DNA of 64,000 nucleotides from an uncultured Candidatus Saccharibacteria bacterium (GTDB lineage: Bacteria > Patescibacteriota > Minisyncoccia > Sungbacterales > SURF-37). Below the pieces are notes generated by a model, which was given only the letters and a program-made list of their open reading frames with translations, was not told where the DNA came from and did not search any database. Made by a program: the position numbers and the translations under genes. Of the stretch, positions 62,823 to 64,000 are shown one piece after another (the first letter of the stretch is position 1; each line of letters starts with the position of its first letter). The stretch spans positions 727-64,726 of the forward strand of contig CAYIKH010000001.1 of NCBI GenBank assembly GCA_964363965.1, given 5' to 3'.

Positions 62823-63722
62823 TTACTGCTGGGCGGAGGTGAGGGCTTCCACAATTGGGTCAAGTTCCCCCTCAAGTATTTTCTGGATGTTGTGGAAGCT
62901 TTTCTTAATTCGGTGGTCCGTAACTCGATCCTGCGGGAAGTTATAGGTGCGTATCTTCTCGGCTCTCTCGGCCGTGCCAATTTGTTCGCGCCGCGCGGCT
63001 CCGATTTTTTTGGACTCCTCCATGCGCTTGGCCTCAAGGAGCTTTGTGCGGAGGAGAGTGTAGGCTAGCTCCCTATTTTTTTGCTGGGAGCGCGATTCCT
63101 GTGAGCCTACTACCAAGCCGCTGGGAAGATGATGGATTCTCACTGCCGTCTCAACCTTATTGACGTTCTGTCCGCCCGGTCCGGAGGAGCGGAAAAATTC
63201 TATCTTAAGGTCCTGGGGCCTGATGGCGATATCCGTTTCCTCGGCCTCCGGCAGAACCGCCACTGAAGCGGTGGAAGTATGAATTCTTCCGGTTTTTTCA
63301 GTTTCGGGGATTCTCTGCACCCGGTGCACTCCGGCCTCATGCCTAAGCGCGTTCATCGCTCCTGGGCCGCTAATCTCAAATATGATTTCTTTGCAGCCGC
63401 CCAGGGCAGTTAGGTGTGAGTCAATGGGTGTGGGGTACCAGCCGCGTTGTTTGGCGTAATTGGAATACATCCGAAAGAGCCTTACGGCAAAGAGTGCCGC
63501 CTCTTCGCCCCCCGTGCCCGCCCGGATCTCCATGATTAGTTTATCGGAGGCTGGAGCGGCCGTAGAATGGGCGGCGGTTTGGATTTCCTTTTCTATTCTC
63601 CCGAGTTCAATGCTGATTTCTTTTATTTTCCCGGCATCATGAAGCACCACAGGGTCGCTGAGTTGTTTCTCCAATTCCTCTTTTCTCTGCTTTAATTTTG
63701 ATGCTTCAAGATTTTGTGCCAT
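62823..63722 (-). CDS. prfA: Peptide chain release factor 1 (short form)
   Basis: The GGQ motif (SGPGGQNVNK) and a PxT-type codon-recognition motif (RIPETEKTGRIHTS) are present. At 299 aa it is shorter than canonical RF1. Confidence 0.75.
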   Translation of the reverse strand: MAQNLEASKLKQRKEELEKQLSDPVVLHDAGKIKEISIELGRIEKEIQTAAHSTAAPASDKLIMEIRAGTGGEEAALFAVRLFRMYSNYAKQRGWYPTPIDSHLTALGGCKEIIFEISGPGAMNALRHEAGVHRVQRIPETEKTGRIHTSTASVAVLPEAEETDIAIRPQDLKIEFFRSSGPGGQNVNKVETAVRIHHLPSGLVVGSQESRSQQKNRELAYTLLRTKLLEAKRMEESKKIGAARREQIGTAERAEKIRTYNFPQDRVTDHRIKKSFHNIQKILEGELDPIVEALTSAQQ

Positions 63723-63799
63723 TTTGTGAGATTTTGGCCATATGTTAAGAGCCGTGCAAAACGCAAGGGAGCGCGTCAGTAAGCCATAGGGATTGACCT

Positions 63800-63967
63800 C
63801 TACGCTCTTTTCTTGGCCAGTCGTTGTCGAAATTTACCAACCCGACCGGCGGTGTCAACAATTTTGGAGCCGCCAGTGTAGAAGGGGTGGCAGTGAGAGC
63901 AGATTTCAACCTCAATCTTATCTTTGGTGGAGCCAAAACGAAAACTGTGGCCGCAGGCGCATTTCAT
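63800..63967 (-). CDS. rpmE: 50S ribosomal protein L31
   Basis: Manual minus-strand translation gives [55 protein letters not shown] with the Zn-binding C-x2-H...C-x2-H motif. It is absent from the ORF track, which is under 60 aa. Confidence 0.8.
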   Translation of the reverse strand: MKCACGHSFRFGSTKDKIEVEICSHCHPFYTGGSKIVDTAGRVGKFRQRLAKKRA

Positions 63968-64000
63968 TGTGGTGGCGGGATAATAAGCGGGATGGATGTC

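Noticed and set aside
63745-63936. 63-aa minus-strand ORF from the track near the right edge.
   Set aside because: It is in the wrong frame. Manual translation of the other minus frame gives a clean ribosomal protein L31 (63800-63967).
1-64000. Search for CRISPR arrays, tRNA/rRNA genes, transposases, integrases and att-like direct repeats at the island edges.
   Set aside because: I recognised no regularly spaced direct repeats, cloverleaf-compatible segments, rRNA-like stretches or transposase/recombinase motifs by eye. A tRNAscan/cmscan run could still reveal small RNAs I missed.

Overview
The window has three parts, judged by eye on base composition. The left ~2.7 kb is strongly AT-rich and carries a phosphonate ABC transporter pair (phnD, with phnC running off the window start) plus a CDP-alcohol phosphatidyltransferase, all on the minus strand. 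From ~2.9 kb to ~52 kb sits a very large, compositionally heterogeneous and mostly GC-rich glycan-biosynthesis supercluster. It is almost entirely on the + strand, and many genes are joined by 4-nt ATGA overlaps. The right ~10 kb is housekeeping at intermediate GC: murB, hpf, two tandem AdoMetDC-family genes, secA, nth, dinB, a Rieske protein, a Cas4-like PD-(D/E)XK nuclease, prfA and rpmE.

The supercluster encodes at least five activated-sugar routes:
- a CDP-hexose route (rfbF, rfbG) joined to a TylC3-type C-methyltransferase and a Gfo/Idh/MocA reductase;
- a second NDP-6-deoxyhexose module (rfbB, rfbD, an FdtA-like cupin, a second C-methyltransferase);
- a GDP-heptose module (gmhA, hddA, gmhB, hddC-like) with an RfbC-like epimerase and SDR enzymes;
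- a canonical neuB-neuC-neuA nonulosonic acid module;
- a second divergent NeuB-like / GT-B / cytidylyltransferase module.

It also holds three full paralogues plus one decayed 3' remnant of a TagF-like polyol-phosphate transferase family, and two DPM1-like GT2 enzymes each near a large polytopic membrane protein. Further members are an RGP/GT75-like putative nucleotide-sugar mutase, several SAM methyltransferases including a ~70%-identical paralogue pair, a GT4, a WbaP-like initiating phosphoglycosyltransferase, and a Wzy_C ligase/polymerase-like protein fused to TPR repeats. Immediately downstream lie a Thr/Gly-rich repeat surface protein and a PT-linker protein with two peptidoglycan-binding domains.

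My main hypothesis is a previously undescribed, multi-sugar surface-protein or cell-wall glycosylation system, with branched C-methyl deoxysugars, heptose, nonulosonic acids and polyol-phosphates. I saw short tandem repeats that could act as phase-variation switches. I saw no CRISPR array, rRNA, tRNA or transposase/integrase. All coordinates come from manual reading; no database searches were run.
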